Source: Haliotis rufescens (lineage: Eukaryota). From it: a stretch of DNA of 64,000 nucleotides. The stretch is from positions 41,602,001 to 41,666,000 of the forward strand of contig NW_025964372.1 of assembly GCF_023055435.1 (NCBI RefSeq), read 5' to 3'. The translations under genes were made by a program, and so were the position numbers. Shown here piece by piece: positions 1-15,100 of the stretch (position 1 is the stretch's first letter; each line of letters begins with the position of its first letter). The notes under the pieces are model-generated. The model was given only the letters and a program-made list of their open reading frames with translations, was not told the DNA's origin and made no database searches.

Positions 1-225
1 CGGTGCTTTGTCAGAGTGATCTGAAAGTAAAGAAAAAAAATGTAAAGAATATGAGAACATAATTAAAATCACAGTGCATCTATACAACTATAGCAAAAAT
101 AGTAACCTCATGAAGTTGGGTTGTTTCTCTGCCCACATTACACATATTCTAAGTAACGCTGACTAACCCTAATATTACACATCACAATACATATTTCAAA
201 AGAAATGCAATATTTATTGAAATTA

Positions 226-483
226 CCTTTGATTTTGTTGCAGTTTTTCATTGTTCTTCTCTATTGCCTCTTGAACTTTAGTTGGGAGGGTTGTCGCTTC
301 CCTTGGGGCAGGCATGAAGGGCTTGAAGTCTGATAGCTTGGTGGTGGGTGTGCGGATGTCCCCAATCTTGAAGGAGGGCATCGCGGGTTGTTGCAGGCTT
401 CTGTCTAAGTTCCCTTGCAAATACACTAAACGGTTGATCCACATCTTCATGCGTGTTCCCCACCATGAGAAAGAAAGTTTCAC
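226..483 (-). pseudogene. Decayed DNA-transposase exon (Sola/DUF7869-like GHTHxDxDxxFS motif)
   Basis: After a ttttcAG acceptor it reads VKLSF[frameshift]MVGNTHEDVDQPFSVFARELRQK, resembling the FLxVGHTHEDIDQxFS motif I recall from Sola-type transposases. It has a frameshift and an H->N change; GT donor near 225. Confidence 0.6.
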
Positions 484-1364
484 CTGAAAATAGTATTTAC
501 ATCAGTATTATCACTATGAAAACAAATCAAATTGTACAAAACTTGTTTATTTTTACAGAATACTGATTTGAGTATTGAGAATATTGAGAGAAAAATCAAT
601 CTTGTGCATTTAAAAAGTTTCAACATTGTGTGCAGATTCTTGTATACTTAGGATGAGCAACTGGACATGAAATACTTGCTTCAAAACAATTCTAATGTGG
701 TTTAAAACAATTTACATAAATTATTAAAATATTAACCACATGTGACTTCAGCATTTACTTTGAATTGTATAGTATAGCCTCAAGGAAAAAATATGCTATA
801 CATGATATTGTATGTGGAGTCATATACCAATACTTCATTGATAACTATCTTCATGATAGCACTAAAAGTGATACCTTGGATTGCAGCGTCCACTTTTGAC
901 TGGCCGACAAAGTCTTGCAGCTTTACTGGTCCTGGAAATGTCAAATAAATATTTGAACAATACATAAATTGCAACTTTAATGTAATTGGATTGTCATACA
1001 AACATAACAATTGCCAATTTCCATTCTCAAATATCCACAATTCCTCCAAAATTAGACAAGCCTACCAGACAAACATTGAATTTATTCAACAGGGCCGTAA
1101 CAAGCATTTAGCTAAGACAAAGATAAATTTCTATCCTTCTAAACGTGTGTTACAAATATAATGTACAAACAAATGTCTTGACATACATGGCACGATCCCA
1201 TTACAAAACAAATCCCATTACATCCTTTACTAATAATATTGGACAAACTACAATAACGTAACCCCTATATGTGCACTGTGGATACTAAGCTCCACTGGTT
1301 TCGAAATAAGAATCTACATAACTCCCTACCAATGGGATATGTAGACAGTAATATATGTTTTGGT

Positions 1365-1531
1365 TTGGTTTGTTGTTTACTGCCGCATTTAGCAATATTC
1401 CACCTATATGACAGCGGTCTGTAATTAATCGAATCTGGACCAGACATTTCAGAGATTCATATCATGAGCATCAATGCAAGTCAGCGAGCCTGACCACGCG
1501 ATACTGTTAGTCGCCTCTTAAGACAAGCATA
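1365..1531 (-). mobile_element. SINE fragment (family A)
   Basis: Reverse-complement match to 15064-15320 and 40997-41215 (GGCGACT..GGTCAGGCTCGCTGACTTG..TCTGGTCCAGA.TCGATT..ATATTGCT, AAAC-type tail). Confidence 0.75.
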
Positions 1532-1749
1532 GAATTCACTGGAAACTGGAAAGGAAATATCACAAAAAGACATGTTGTGCTTGGATACCAATTACACAAT
1601 AATGACCCATTAAATCTTATAATTATTCGGCAACAATGCAGTTTACCGGGCGCAGCCCGAGCTCTACCATCCGCTCAATTACCGCGCTATAGTGCCACGC
1701 TGTCTCGTTATACCGTTACCGTGCCTCACGCTCTGGTGACTCTCGCTTC

Positions 1750-1898
1750 ACGATCCAACACCCGTTTTCGGTCTTAGGGAAACTTACACATCTTTACAAT
1801 CAAACACCCATTCTCGGTCTTAGGGAAACTTACACATCTTTACGATCAAACACCCGTTCTAGGTCTTAGGGAAACTTACACGTCTTTACGATCCAACA
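1750..1898. repeat. 46-bp tandem repeat, about 3 copies
   Basis: GGTCTTAGGGAAACTTACAC recurs at 1770, 1816 and 1862. Confidence 0.9.
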
Positions 1899-4270
1899 TA
1901 TGTTCATAAAGAAACCATGATCCAAACAGAAGGCAAAGGTTCTTCAAGATATATACAGTGTTTGGTGTACAAAAATAGAATAAAATGCCTTACCCATGTC
2001 AACGTTGTTGAAGCAGAGCTGGTGAACCCTCCTCAAGGCATCCAGAGCTTCTCACTGCGACCAGAACTTGGGTTTTCGATGTGATTTACCGACTGGTTGA
2101 ATAGTTATCGTTTGATCGTCTGACAGAACGTTCTCGACGATTTAACGATATTTAACGATACCTGATTAGGGTTAAATCTATATATACCATTTTTATGGTC
2201 GGGCGTCCACGGCTGATTGGTATATCAAATCAAACACAAGGGTGTATATCATGCCCCTGAGTGTTCACGCCTCACTGGGTGGTCACGTAATAAGGTGTGG
2301 CACCAGCATCTCGGGTTACAATTTGATATTAATTCAAGTACTCCACTGATAATGTACATAGGTAGTTAACTTAATTACATTCAGTTTTGTCCGACAAGGA
2401 GCGAGTTTACTTTTTTTTAGACACAGACTTTGTAACAGGCTCTTCCCCTGGAAACAAATATATTGTAAATAAATATTTCGCCATTTCCATCAACCTTATC
2501 ACGTGATGTTCTATAACTGTTGTCTTGTACACTATCCATAGTGTAAGTCAGCTGGCTCGAGGAATTTTCATATAGTATTATCATTAAACAACATACCCTA
2601 TGCAACAGTTATGTTGCTACCCAGACAAAACTATTTTTATATTCTATGTTAAATGTAAACGATCAGTTTTTATTATAAATACAAAACCACCTTTTAAGCG
2701 GTAATACCTATCACGCATTAAACAACATATATGAACAACCATGTTATTATAAAGTCTCACGTTGGTTCCTCCGTGCAACTTCATGCCTGACTTACATTCA
2801 TATTGTTCTTTCACCACACTTACGCTTCTCCAAATTTAGAAAGAAGCTGTGTACACAGTGTTCTTGCGAGTTACAATAACGCGTCCGGTTTGGCTGCAAC
2901 TTCAAAGAGTGGACATATGGTTGCTCCTTCAGGTAGCTTTAATTACCCTCTCTATAATGCAATATCGTATTATCCATTTGTAATGAATGATAGTAACACT
3001 AAATCGGATTGGATTCAGTTAAATCTACATTTCTCAAGGTCTCTAACATCGAGATTTGAAATATCTTTCATGTAAATACCTTCTTTGTCATGTGACTTGT
3101 ATATATTCGTGTATATTCAGAATCGTACCTACGCACAATGTCTTTGCACAATGGCACAAGCAACGTGGTCTCTTTCTGTAAAACATAGCACTCTTTATTT
3201 CAGCCACAGCAAAGATCCCGAACCACGTGCAGTCAGCAGAGTTACAGCGTCTGGTTACCGTCTTGCAGTTACGATACAGGTAAGACGTCACAATATATAT
3301 ATTGTTTTATTTCTGGAAACGCCGACCCTAAAACGTGGATTTTGGTAACACGGTTATTTCATATAACAACAACCAAATAACAACCTGTACTCCAAACAGT
3401 GAATGTTTGGCTCTGCTGCCATGCGAAACGCGTTTTGTAAGAGTCTAATTTTAGTGTATTTATTTCTACCACTTTTGATAAAAAAATACGCAAACAATCT
3501 AATCTGAAAAGGAGATATCTCCATCCCCTATGGTGTTATTGCGACTTGTATATTGTCTACATGTACATTAGGCAACTGATTGTAGCTGTATGGCGACACT
3601 TGAAGTGTAGCTATGTGACCATGAATTTGCCTGTGGTGATCAGTGAAAACACAGAAAATTACAAAATACCAATCCATGCAGTATTTTGATAATTTACATG
3701 CGAGTTTTCTATTATTTATAACGTTAGAAATATTTAGATAAAAATAACTTTATAGACCCAATGTTTATTAATATAACAAATTGTTGTAGTAATGTTTTCC
3801 TAAAATAAACATATATATCATCTTCTCTTATTGCCCAATCAAAGCTGGTGCTGAGACAATTTAGAATACCCAAACGACGCATATTTTTACGTGCCGTGCC
3901 GCCAGACTTCCTGCCAACTTGGCAATTAAATATCCTCGGGTATTGTCACTTCATACGGTGATACATTGTCTCGCGCACGTGGTCGGTGGGTATTGTCTAT
4001 CAGCGCCACGATCACGTGATCGTTTTGTTAATTACTCTGTGTTACGGTCTCGCCGATCCTAAACTTTCAAAGCCTTCAATAAAATTTATGAGATCATTAT
4101 CTTATCTTTATTCCGACTGAATCCACCTTTATTTCAGACGCCCCCTCACACACACACTCCCAATGCAAATTCACTGAGGCTTGACCGTTACCAATTAACA
4201 GCTGTCAATTAAACAGTTCGCATCTAAGTAGTATGTTATCGAATATATTGAAAACCTTAAGCGTGCTACT

Positions 4271-4311
<41 letters not shown>

Positions 4312-4399
4312 AGGAGGGTGTTGGTTGTTCACAGGGTCACTCGACAATCACAATGTAAACGGGTATTTCAATAATTGTATGATATATTTAGTCCTTGGG

Positions 4400-5335
4400 C
4401 AGCCCCAATCTAAAAACAACAATAAAATCCTAACTCTCACCGACTCTCTTAGTGGACTAAAAGCCCTCCAAAACAAAAATACAAAAAAACGACCTAAATT
4501 AATAAACCAAATAGCAGGCAAACAAATAACCTTCTTGTGGATCCCCGCCACCGTAGGAATTTACGGCAACGAAAGCGCCGATAAAGCAGCTAAATTATCT
4601 CTCAAAATACCAGTAATAAACCTAAACCTACCCATCTCAAAATCAGAAATTAAAAGTGTAAACAAACAAAAAATAACCAAAAAATGGCATAATCCATATC
4701 AAAACTCAAATAGCCAAATCAAAAAAGTGCTCAGAAAACCACTAGCCAAACCTAAAATCCTACACCTCTCTAAAAAAATTGACAGATTTATTACAAAACT
4801 CGAAACAGGACACACGAACCTAAATAACCACCTAAAAAAACTTAAAAGACACACCACAGGAAACTGCCCCCACTGCAAACAACCCGAAACCACAGAACAC
4901 GCACTCATCCACTGCACCCACTACCAAACACACAGAACCACACTACAAACCACCCTCAATCTAAATAAGGTTCCTACTCTAGATGAAACCCTCAAAATAA
5001 ACTAGAAAACTTCAAGGCCCTAGGCGTATTCCTAATCAAAACAGACCTAATTAAGCGCATCTAAAAACTAATTAATCTACCAATCCAAAATCCAATAAAC
5101 ATACAAACACCCACCTCACCCGGCTCCCTTAGTTCCCTCCTCCACCCACCTCGGCATTTATTCCAAATTTAAAAATTCCAAAACTTCAATATAAGCAACC
5201 CCTAAAAGCCCCCTCTTGGGTTGCACACATCACTTTCACCCTATTCGGAATACAATAAATGGTCCGGACAGACCCGTGTGCGAAATACGCTACAGTCGGA
5301 AAGCGCACGTTAAATCTCCTATATCAGTCAGTCAG
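4400..5335 (+). mobile_element. 5'-truncated non-LTR retrotransposon (RNase H-bearing, I/Nimb/Loa group), 3' end
   Basis: ORF 4271-5005 contains an RNase H C-terminus (TDSLS..ITFLWIPATVGIYGNESADKAAK) and a CPHCKQPETTEHALIHC zinc knuckle. An A/C-rich 3' UTR ends in (TCAG)3 at about 5323-5335. Confidence 0.85.
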
Positions 5336-6825
5336 ACCCCAGTGTTTCATATCATTTTCCCACCAAACTAAACAAGAATAACCCCCAACTGGATATGTCA
5401 AGCGAACTAATTTTCGTTTCGTCTGTCGATTCATATTTTGGAAATTCAAGGGGAACCACTCCGGCTTATGCAGCACACACATTTGGGAAGGTTGCTTCAA
5501 TAATAATAATACTTCTTACCATGGTTTCACAGTCGTTAGGAACTTTTTTAAGATCTGACACCAGATTATGCTGTCCGAAAATTTATCTTATTTTTTAGTG
5601 GAAACAGGCCTATCGGAAATTCGAACTTGAACAGCAACGCCAAAACCACATTCCGCCGCAGTGACCAGCTGCTGATGACATAGACTAGGCTAGCTTTACA
5701 CTAAGTCTTGTACCAGGCTGTCCCCTCTGGATAGTAGGTCTGGTCTCTCCTTTGTCCTTGGACCCCCTTTCCGATCATAAGGGTTGATAACCCTTGCCAA
5801 ATCCAAATCCTTTTACCTTAGAGCACCCATTTACGACACATGGGGTTAGTTTTGAGTTCGGTTATGGTTTAGAAGTCTCTTGATATAAACATATTTATTT
5901 CCATAAAGTGGAGGGATTGGCAAACAAGCAAATTTTGCTAATCTGAATGCCTCTCCCAAACATGATACATAAGTCTCTTTTAACGAATTAATCCAATTTA
6001 ATTTTCGCAGTATACTCATCCTTATATAATTTCAGCTTCATGACAGTGTGAACATTGAGTGCCCCCTACACAAGTATGCAGTCACTGACAACTGATGGAG
6101 TGACCTATACAAAACGGAAGATGCAGACGACTAGTACAAGCACGCACGCACACACACACTCACACGCACGCACGCACATGCTATATAAGTGCAATTATCT
6201 TGGACGCGACATTCAACCCAATTTCAACTCACCTCACTTATCTTACTTTGTTCATGTGCCTAAAGCTTGTGGAATGTGTTAATTACTGAAATGAAAAGCA
6301 TTTTAATGTTTTTTTCATATCTTTTCAGAATATGTGCACATAGCTTTCAATGACCAGACGAAAAAAAGAATTCATTTCAAGTATGTCGAGAAGAAAACGT
6401 AAGTAAAGCACACTATTTACATTCATAATACATTTTATTCCGCAGGCTCTATTGTAAAGTTAAACTCTAGCTGCGTATAGGCTGCCATTATCCATTATAT
6501 TAGACAATATGGATCCACTCATCTATACATCTATTTTCTTTTGTGACAGGACCCATCTCTGAAAAAATCACCTCACCCAAGAAAATACGACTCATTCATG
6601 AGAATGAAAAGTGCAAAGTCTCCCAAGGAATTGTCTTGTAATATAGCATGTGAATAAATAATTTTTTGAAATATCTCACGAAATTAGTTTTATTTTATTG
6701 CTTGTAATCATGTGAACTAAAAATGTTTGTTTTGAGGAAAAAGGTCATTTGAAGCAACTCCAGGATTAACTATCCAATGATTGAATCTTATTTCTCCTGA
6801 ATTAAAATAATTCTGCTAAATATTA

Positions 6826-6952
6826 CTGCAGAAAAAAATTCGGCCAGAAATTTCTGCAGAAAAAAAAAAATTCGGCCAGAAATTTCTGTAGAAAAAAAAA
6901 ATACTGCCAGAAATTTCTGCAGAAAAAAAAAATTCGGCCAGAAATTTCTGCA
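6826..6952. repeat. About 30-bp tandem repeat x4 (CTGCAG-A(n)-TTCGGCCAGAAATTT)
   Basis: Directly visible; probably internal to a non-autonomous DNA element. Confidence 0.85.
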
Positions 6953-7404
6953 GTAATGCATTTTCTGAGCCAATTTTTGAGCTTATGAACATGGGAACAC
7001 ACTGGGACACACATTATTTGGATTCGTCTCCTCGAGAGCTTTCCAGTGATATAAAACATGTTTTTGTAGCTCGCTTCCTTCTGTGTGGTCAAGTTCGGAC
7101 TCCTGGCCATTCCTAAGTTGTCCCGCTCTGCCTTAAACCAAAAACAGAACGTCCCATGCGGTACAAGGAGAGACGTTTATGAAGCCCTGAGGCGTTATAA
7201 CAAGATATAACTGATGCGTAGACAAATACAGGGTACATAATGAATATTCATGCTTGGGTGTAGTTCAGCACATAACCTTTTGTCATCTACAGGTTCAAGT
7301 GAACAACCGATTTTATAAACCTCAGAGTGTTCATTTGTATTGATCGTTAGGTTTCTTCAGACTTGAGAAAGACCCACATGAGGTTTTACTTGCGTAGAAA
7401 ACCC

Positions 7405-7500
7405 GGGACTTACTGTGGAAGACCCGGGGACTTGATTTTCATCGTTATAAAAAGTTACATATTTCAGATCAAGTCCCTGGGTCTTCCACAGTAAGTCCCC
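7405..7500. repeat. About 32-bp inverted repeat (hairpin)
   Basis: GGGACTTACTGTGGAAGACCCGGGGACTTGAT pairs with ATCAAGTCCCTGGGTCTTCCACAGTAAGTCCC (one mismatch). Confidence 0.8.
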
Positions 7501-7962
7501 AGGACTTCCATACCCTATATTCTTTTTAAAAAACCCGCAATACTAGATTTTCTTCACTTTAATTCAAGTTGACATTTACAATGATATTCTTTGCAGGCAC
7601 CCTTCCTGCAGCAGCGCAGAAACGGTGTAGGTCGGCATTTTTAGTTTTCGTTTGTGTGAGAAATAAATCGTCACCTTCCTCTCTCTCCCACATCTTGCCA
7701 GTAAATGAAAAACTCGACTGTAAGCTGTCCACATTATGACGGAGACGCTCACGGGCAATGCGTGCGTGCACGACCAGCACGTGCATGACGCCAGTAGTCG
7801 TCACTCAACACAGCTCACGGATGCGTTTATAGTCTCGTTATATCGCATATAAAATCCTCGTTATTGCGGCCCTTAGGATCTTCCCTCCCAGGCGGGTTTA
7901 CATTTTCAACCAAAACCTCAGAACGGGTTTTATCCTTCACATGTATCACGGCTGTGTGACTC

Positions 7963-9130
7963 ATGGGTATAACTCACAAAATGGCGTCCCATTTGAAACC
8001 ACCCGAGCCTTACCTTACAGGGAGAACGTCAGCCCTTAAAGTGGAGGCGATTGTTAACATTCTGAGGAGTCCAGATGAGAGCAAGACCATCCAGACTGCC
8101 CCCGCCACACCCCAGGGAGGGGAGGTGTACCTCTATAAGATAACCTCGGGAATGAGAGAAGGTGAGGCAGTTGTGTTCAGGCTTAATATCACCACGAGTC
8201 AGGGATTAATACATATGAACAATGTTAATATTTCATGGAAAGCTGATATTATTTATTACACAATTTGAATTCATTGGGGTTGTTAAGCACACATGACCAA
8301 TGTCCTCAAAAGCCACATTCATATACATGTACGTTATTAGTAATATTCTGCTTGACGTCGGAGTCACCCTGCCCTGGTATCAGCTTCCTTGTACAGCCCT
8401 GTGATAACCGGTTTTATGTTCGCTTATATTGTTAACAAGTGATTTTCGTGCACAAAGTGACTACATGAATTAAGAATATTTGTCTGTATCATTATTAAAA
8501 CGACTTCTTTTGCAATATTTTCTATCTATGTTTTTCTTTTTACTCTTTCCATCCCCTTTACAACAATTGTGTACTTAAATAATGAACATTGTTTGATGTC
8601 AACTTGTAGAAAATCCATTGTTGGATTAATCAATATGGGCTAAACAAGAATCAAGTATCGTGTTGCATCTCAGGGAAGGAAAAAAGGACATGGTATTTAT
8701 CATCACAACCTCTAATACAACATATTTATGCATGACCTTACAGCTGATTTGGCATTAAGGTGGGTTGATTTTAGAGTTATGTTACACTATTGACTGTTCA
8801 CAGTTTTATTAATTAATCAACATCACAGGTGACACACTAACACACACAGCTTTTTGAGGTATAGTTCATCTTCAGGATTACAACATTGTTTGCAATGTTA
8901 TGATGTTATTTTCTATTTGCAGATATCTGGAAGGATGACAAATATCACTTCAGAAGTGATGGAACCCGGAAGCAGCCTGGCTCAAGTCCAGTCATAGTGA
9001 AGCAGTACCACAAGGCTTACACCGAGGACAAGACAACAACAAGGGCCTTTGTCAGAGAAGCATCGTATCTGTACAACCAGCCTCTGAAACACGTTCTAGT
9101 GCAATATATCGGGGACCACACACAGGCACA
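7963..9130 (+). CDS. CG-1-like (CAMTA-type) DNA-binding domain, exons 1-2
   Basis: PQGGEVYLY..DIWKDDKYHF..AFVREASYL..VLVQYIGD parallels the CG-1 pattern PxSGSxFLF..KDGHxW..FQRRxYWL..IVxVHY, recognised from memory. Confidence 0.6.
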
Positions 9131-12100
9131 GCCTGCTCCTCAACGAAAGAAGCGTGGTCATCAGACACTTCATTCCCCAGGTGACAGTAAATGTAGGAAA
9201 GTAGAATCAACTGGTGGAGCTGTGCAGTCAGGTGTCACGGAGAACACTAACTCCAACCTGGACCCTGAAGATCATTCATCACCGACAGAATTGGAAGACA
9301 ACGGTAAATCAAACACTATTCTAGGTGTAACACTGAACGAAGCAAAGGTGTCAGAGACTGAAACAAAGAATGATCACGACACAACTCAAAAACGCAGCAG
9401 GACAGGAGATCATAGAGGTGATGATGACAATGATTATTTGGGTACAACGTCAGGCTCTCCTGTCAAGAAACCCCGTTGGCAGCCTCAACTTGAAAATGAC
9501 AACACAATTGTAACCTGTGTCACTAACACACACTATGCTTATCTGTACACATTTCTAGAAGATGTAGAAAGGAATCGGGATGTGATAAGGGTCGTGCGAC
9601 AAGTCCTAGCATTATCTAGGTTCTGGAACAAGGACTGTACCAACAAAGGCAATCCGTGCTTGTCACTCATTGAAGAGGTCGGCAAGAACTGGATCCTAGA
9701 TGCAATTAAAGCAAGGAACTGGGTTAAATGTTCTGTAAATACTGACGTGCTGAGCTTGAACCAAGACCAGTCAGTTTACATAAACCTCATCGCAGCAGTG
9801 CTTGTTGGAGCATGCCATACCAGGACTGAAGTACAGGACTTTGTGAAAACACTGAAGGATCCTCCTTCACACCTGCAGCATGTACAAGAGGACGTCCCCC
9901 TGTCACGTGACTGTACATACACAGTTGGCTGCTACACCATTAGAGGAGATGTTCTGTCTCGCCTGGAAACCAACGAATGGCTGACAGATGAAGTAAGTAG
10001 TCCACCTGCAATATTTACACAATCACACAAACTACATGCCTAGTTAACCATCCAAGAAAATCATTTCATAGAGCATGAGAGGCCTTCGATTTTATCAAAT
10101 GATGTCAGTATTAGATATTAACTGGGGGCGTGAGGGTGGTGAGTGGTTCAGTCACCTAATACTCATTGATAGTGCCTTGAGGTAGGCGAGCTAGAGCTTG
10201 AGTTTGGTTAAACGCCTCTTTTTGACAGTAGTGTCATGGTGAGTTGGATTAAATTATGAAGAAAGTGATGCACATCTTTGACGTTAACCACTTTGTTGAT
10301 TCCCATGGCGAATCTGCATATCGAAATGCGGCGCCTTGGACTCTATGAGCACCCATCTTAAGATAACACGTCCCATTTTAATTCTGGAAACCCAAAAGTC
10401 CAGAAACTCTACGCTCTTTGCCCAGTCTCGGTTAAAGGTATTTACAAAATTAAACATGCCGTTTTCATGGGAACATACCAAGGAAGAAAAAATGAAAAAA
10501 AAATTGTTTAAAAACTCAATATTTAGACTATGTCGCCCATGGGCCTGCCCATGGGCGAAGTCTGGCCCATGGGCGAGAATATGTTCCTTTACTTAAAACT
10601 CATGTTTTTGTTTCGCAAATACATTTAATGTATTCATTCAAGTATCATGACACAAAATTTAATTCATTTTAACTTAATTCAACGATTTTATAGCGATATT
10701 GAAATATTTCGCCCATGGGCGAGAAAACGGTTTGGCCCATGGGCGAGAATATGTTCCTTTACTTAAAACTCATGATTTTGTTTCGCAAATACATTAAATG
10801 TATTTATTGAAGTATCATGACACAAAATTTAACTCATTTTAACTTAATTCAACGATTTTATAGCGATATTGAAATATTTCGCCCATGGGCGAGAAAACGG
10901 TTTGGCCCATGGGCGAGAATATGTTCCTTTACTTAAAACTCATGATTTTGTTTCGCAAATACATTTAATGTATTCATTCAAGTATCATGACACAAAATTA
11001 AACTCATTTTAACTTAATTCAACGATTTTATAGCGATATTGAAATATTTCGCCCATGGGCGAGAAAAAGGTTTGGCCCATGGGCGAGAATATGTTCCTTT
11101 ACTTAAAACTCATGTTTTTGTTTCGCAAATACATTAAATGTATTTATTGAAGTATCATGACACAAAATTTAACTAATTTTTACTTAATTCAACTATTTTA
11201 CGGCGTTATTAAAATATTTCGCCCATGTTTTCGTCAGTCCCTTTCAAGCATCAACTAACTGTTTGCAAAGTATATTGTATCATGTGAAATATACTTTATA
11301 TTATATCATTACATTACTATTTAAAAAGGGCATTTGGTTGGATGTTTCCTTTAGTTCTACAAATTTCACCTGTTTTACATATTGTAGCGATCTTTAATGA
11401 ACCCGGCCTTACCTCTCAAAACGTTTTGACAGTTTATCATACGAATTCATGTGCGTGTACTCCAATTCATTGGAGTTATTTTCCACAACATTAAATTTTA
11501 GTTAGTTTCTATTTCATTTCCCATTTAATGTCCCGTTGATACATCACACTGGGCAATTACGTGACACTAGGTATGCAATATACAGGTACGCGTGCGCGTA
11601 TTTTAATGAAAAAAACTATTCGTCTTTTATTGCATAACGTTTGGCTGAATATCTTACATTCTAACGAAATCTCGAAATAATTATTTAATTACATGCGGTT
11701 TCGAACTGACCAGTGGGAATTATGTTTCAATGCGATTGAGGAAAACGGGAGTGAATATTGTGACACTAAAGCAACTTTTAACTGCATTGTCACTTTTGGT
11801 ATGAAAATGGTAACAGTTCAGAAAAAACAACAGCCTTCTTATGATAATTCTCATTAGTACGTTGCGTTGTATCTAATTACAGTGTCGGCCTTATTTACAG
11901 GTGATTCTACAATACCTGCTCTCGGTCAATTACGATCTACCACACCACGCGTGAATAAACAGTTATGCAGGTGTTGCTGTGGGCAAATACCTAGCCTGAA
12001 AATGTTTATTTTTTTTAGGATACATGTTTTACAAATGTTCGTTGATATGTGGATATATTAAGCACAAAGACAAAAAAATGTTTATGAAAGATGAATTAGT

Positions 12101-15100
12101 GCCTTGATATATTCATCGAGATGTGTATCATCGTTTAATGGGGTCATTCAATAAACGTATGTTTGGAGGAGATATCAAAGGAGCCGCCCAATATACACAG
12201 TGTCGTCCGGTGAACTACCACCCCACCCTGTCCATTAGAGTTATGTAATCGGTACACAAATATATTTGATGCGGTGTCAGTGCGGAAGGAGTTTGAATTA
12301 CGTCCGCCAGTTGCCACAGAAACAATATACAAGGTCAATCCGTACTAATTACCTAGTGACGCACGTAACAACGACTGTCAATAGGGAAAATGGTGAAAAC
12401 AAATTGAAATAGATTTTAATAAAACATTATTGTACTAAATAACTCGCAAAAGCGGTGCCTAAAATTGTTTGACCGTGTTATGTGTGTTGTAAACTGACGA
12501 ATAGCAAATAATTGTCATGCTGTACGCATGGTTCCATATACAAATTCAGTTATACAACCGGTATGAAACTGAGAACTGAGATACCAAGTACAACCTGCAT
12601 TCACACACGGAAGCAATATACTTGTGTGTATGCCCTCTCCTCTAAAAAATGTATCACTAAAGTATTTGCATTGTAATAAATATAGTAATGATAAAACTTG
12701 GTAATTTGGTAGGTCTCCGACAGATATGATTTTCAGTTTTTTTACACCTTTGATTGATACGGATTACGTACCTGTAGTCTAGTCACTGTCTCTAATGTAT
12801 CTGCTTGTTAGAAATTTCGAATGTCTTGTTATAGCACTGTTCCTAAAATACGGCAGTTTCTTTTATCGGGTATAAATAGTTGATTCGTCTTGTCACGCAG
12901 TCATTTTTACTTGATCGAATGATTTCCACAAAAAATTACGACAGAGAGTTTTGTATTTTATTATATTTTTAGAAGATTTTAGAAGATGCTTACATCACTG
13001 TATCTCAGAACGTAAAACTGATAACATTCAAACATGTAATTAGTACACAGTTAATTGTTACATATAATTTCCTGCATATTCCTTTTTGAACAAAAAGCCT
13101 ACATGTATACTGATATCGGTGTCCACTGTTAAAAGGGTATTAGTGCAGTCAGCCATGGTAAATGGAGAGACAATAATAAGGTGATTAATTATAGTCTGTT
13201 GCAGAATATGCGGTATAAGTGTAGTCATTGATACATATACACATTACACATATACAGATGAAATACACGATATGATGCAGTGCAAGAACAAATTAAGATA
13301 CGGTTTCTATTAAATATAATGATACGATTTTGGATTTAATTAGCATGTTTAAATTTTCAGGCCAACACGGCTGAGATACAGCATCGGCATACTCAACTGG
13401 AGTTGTTTTCTGCCGGTCGTAAGTTCATTGTTTGACTGAGCACTCTCGTGTCGGGGTTGCGATATTTTCTTCTCTTTGTTGGCAGCCTGCCACCGGTCTG
13501 AATTTTGAGAAAGGTCTCAGCATGGGACTGTTAATTACTTCTTAATGATGTCTACAAGCTTACAAACTTGTAGATGTTGGGTGCGGTTAGGACCAAACTT
13601 TTTCAGCTCAGAGTGTTAGTGGTCCTGGAACCCATTGTGTCAAACAGGTTCTGCACAAAACGTCCATCAGATTCTACTGTTCAGCAACATTGTCACTGAA
13701 TTTCAGAATTCTGGCATGATATAATAATCAAGGATTTCGAAGGTGAACGAGGGGAAAGGCAGACGCACGTGGATTTACCCTCAGGTTATTATTGTCTGGA
13801 GTTCACATTTTGGGGCATTTCATGTACTAATTGAACAGAGTTCACCTGCACATGTCCACTTTAGTGATACAGACTGTAACCAAAAATGCAATGAGCCGTA
13901 GCTCTTAATCCCTTATAACAACGGTAACAACAACCAGAGTGAGGACACAGTAAGGTTAAACCGTGTCCAACAGACAATCTGAGGTGGCTATCTCCCATCA
14001 AGTCAGCTCTGTTTTTAAGCGCATAGTTATGTTTTTACATATTGAAATAAAAGGAACAAACCTACACATTACCAAATACAAAACTTTATAACCCTCTCTA
14101 GACTTCGTTCCAATTAACCTAGATCATTCAACTCGCTCGCGATGGTCGTATGCGACTTTAAAGTGAATACGTCTACAGTGTACAAGTAACTTTTAACTGT
14201 ATCATATATACTCATGATAAGCAATTATTTTCGTTCCTAATTCGAATGAGCACATTCTGAGGCTAAATCTGCAAAAGGACAGATAAAATATTTCTTTGTA
14301 CAATGCAAACGATACAAACGTAGCGGCTGATAATAGAGACAATGATTTAATAATCTGCAATATATCAAGTGTTCTCGTTCAATCTATTGTACATATTGAA
14401 GTGATTGTAAAGTTTCAAGGAGTACTAAAATGTTGTGGTATTATGAATGTATTTAGAATATGAATAGCGAAAAACAGTAACCATATCGGATGTACATGTA
14501 TAACTTGTCTTCCAACACCACGCTTGTGCCGAGGCCCATGGTCATAAAACTAATCGGTCCCATAAAAGGAGCAAATAGTTTCGCAGATACTTCTTGCTAT
14601 GGTTCACTCACAATTGTCAGACGACCTAATCATCAGTCAGACCAGTCAAGTGTGACCAGCGTACCTGCCTGGTTTTGGCTCCTAATTACTGAACTGCCCA
14701 ATACTGTCATACTGTGGGCAGAGTAAGCGGCCTCGTTGAGTGATACAGACTAACCAGATTATGATTGTGTTTGTAAGTTGCGTTTAATCTGTGTCGGGTT
14801 GCAGTTGTTTTATTAGTCAAGACTAGGGGTAGTTTTTTCAATGAAACCTTTTAGCCGTTGAGTTTGTTTTGCATTCATTTCATTAAATACATTGTTAGGT
14901 AGAATAATAACACGTTATATGGATTAAACATCTCCCTAATCTGAGTATAATCTCACATGTACTCTAAGTACCGTACTATATTACTTTGCGGAGACACTGA
15001 GTATATTTGTTTAGTTGGCATTGTATGCTGTCTGATGACTTTACACAAATCCCTGCATTCAATAGACCCGTGAAGATCTTCAACAAACCATTCTTGGCGT

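Noticed and set aside
4273-4307. Poly-Gly ORF start from a G-run (also 58763-58798)
   Set aside because: Homopolymer or microsatellite, not coding.
6030-6400. Exon-like segments (6036 onward; 6329-6398 with AG/GT)
   Set aside because: No recognisable product, and they cannot be tied to a gene without transcripts.
10336-10596. ORF mirrored at 17893-18219
   Set aside because: Chance reading frame in the TIR; no transposase motifs.
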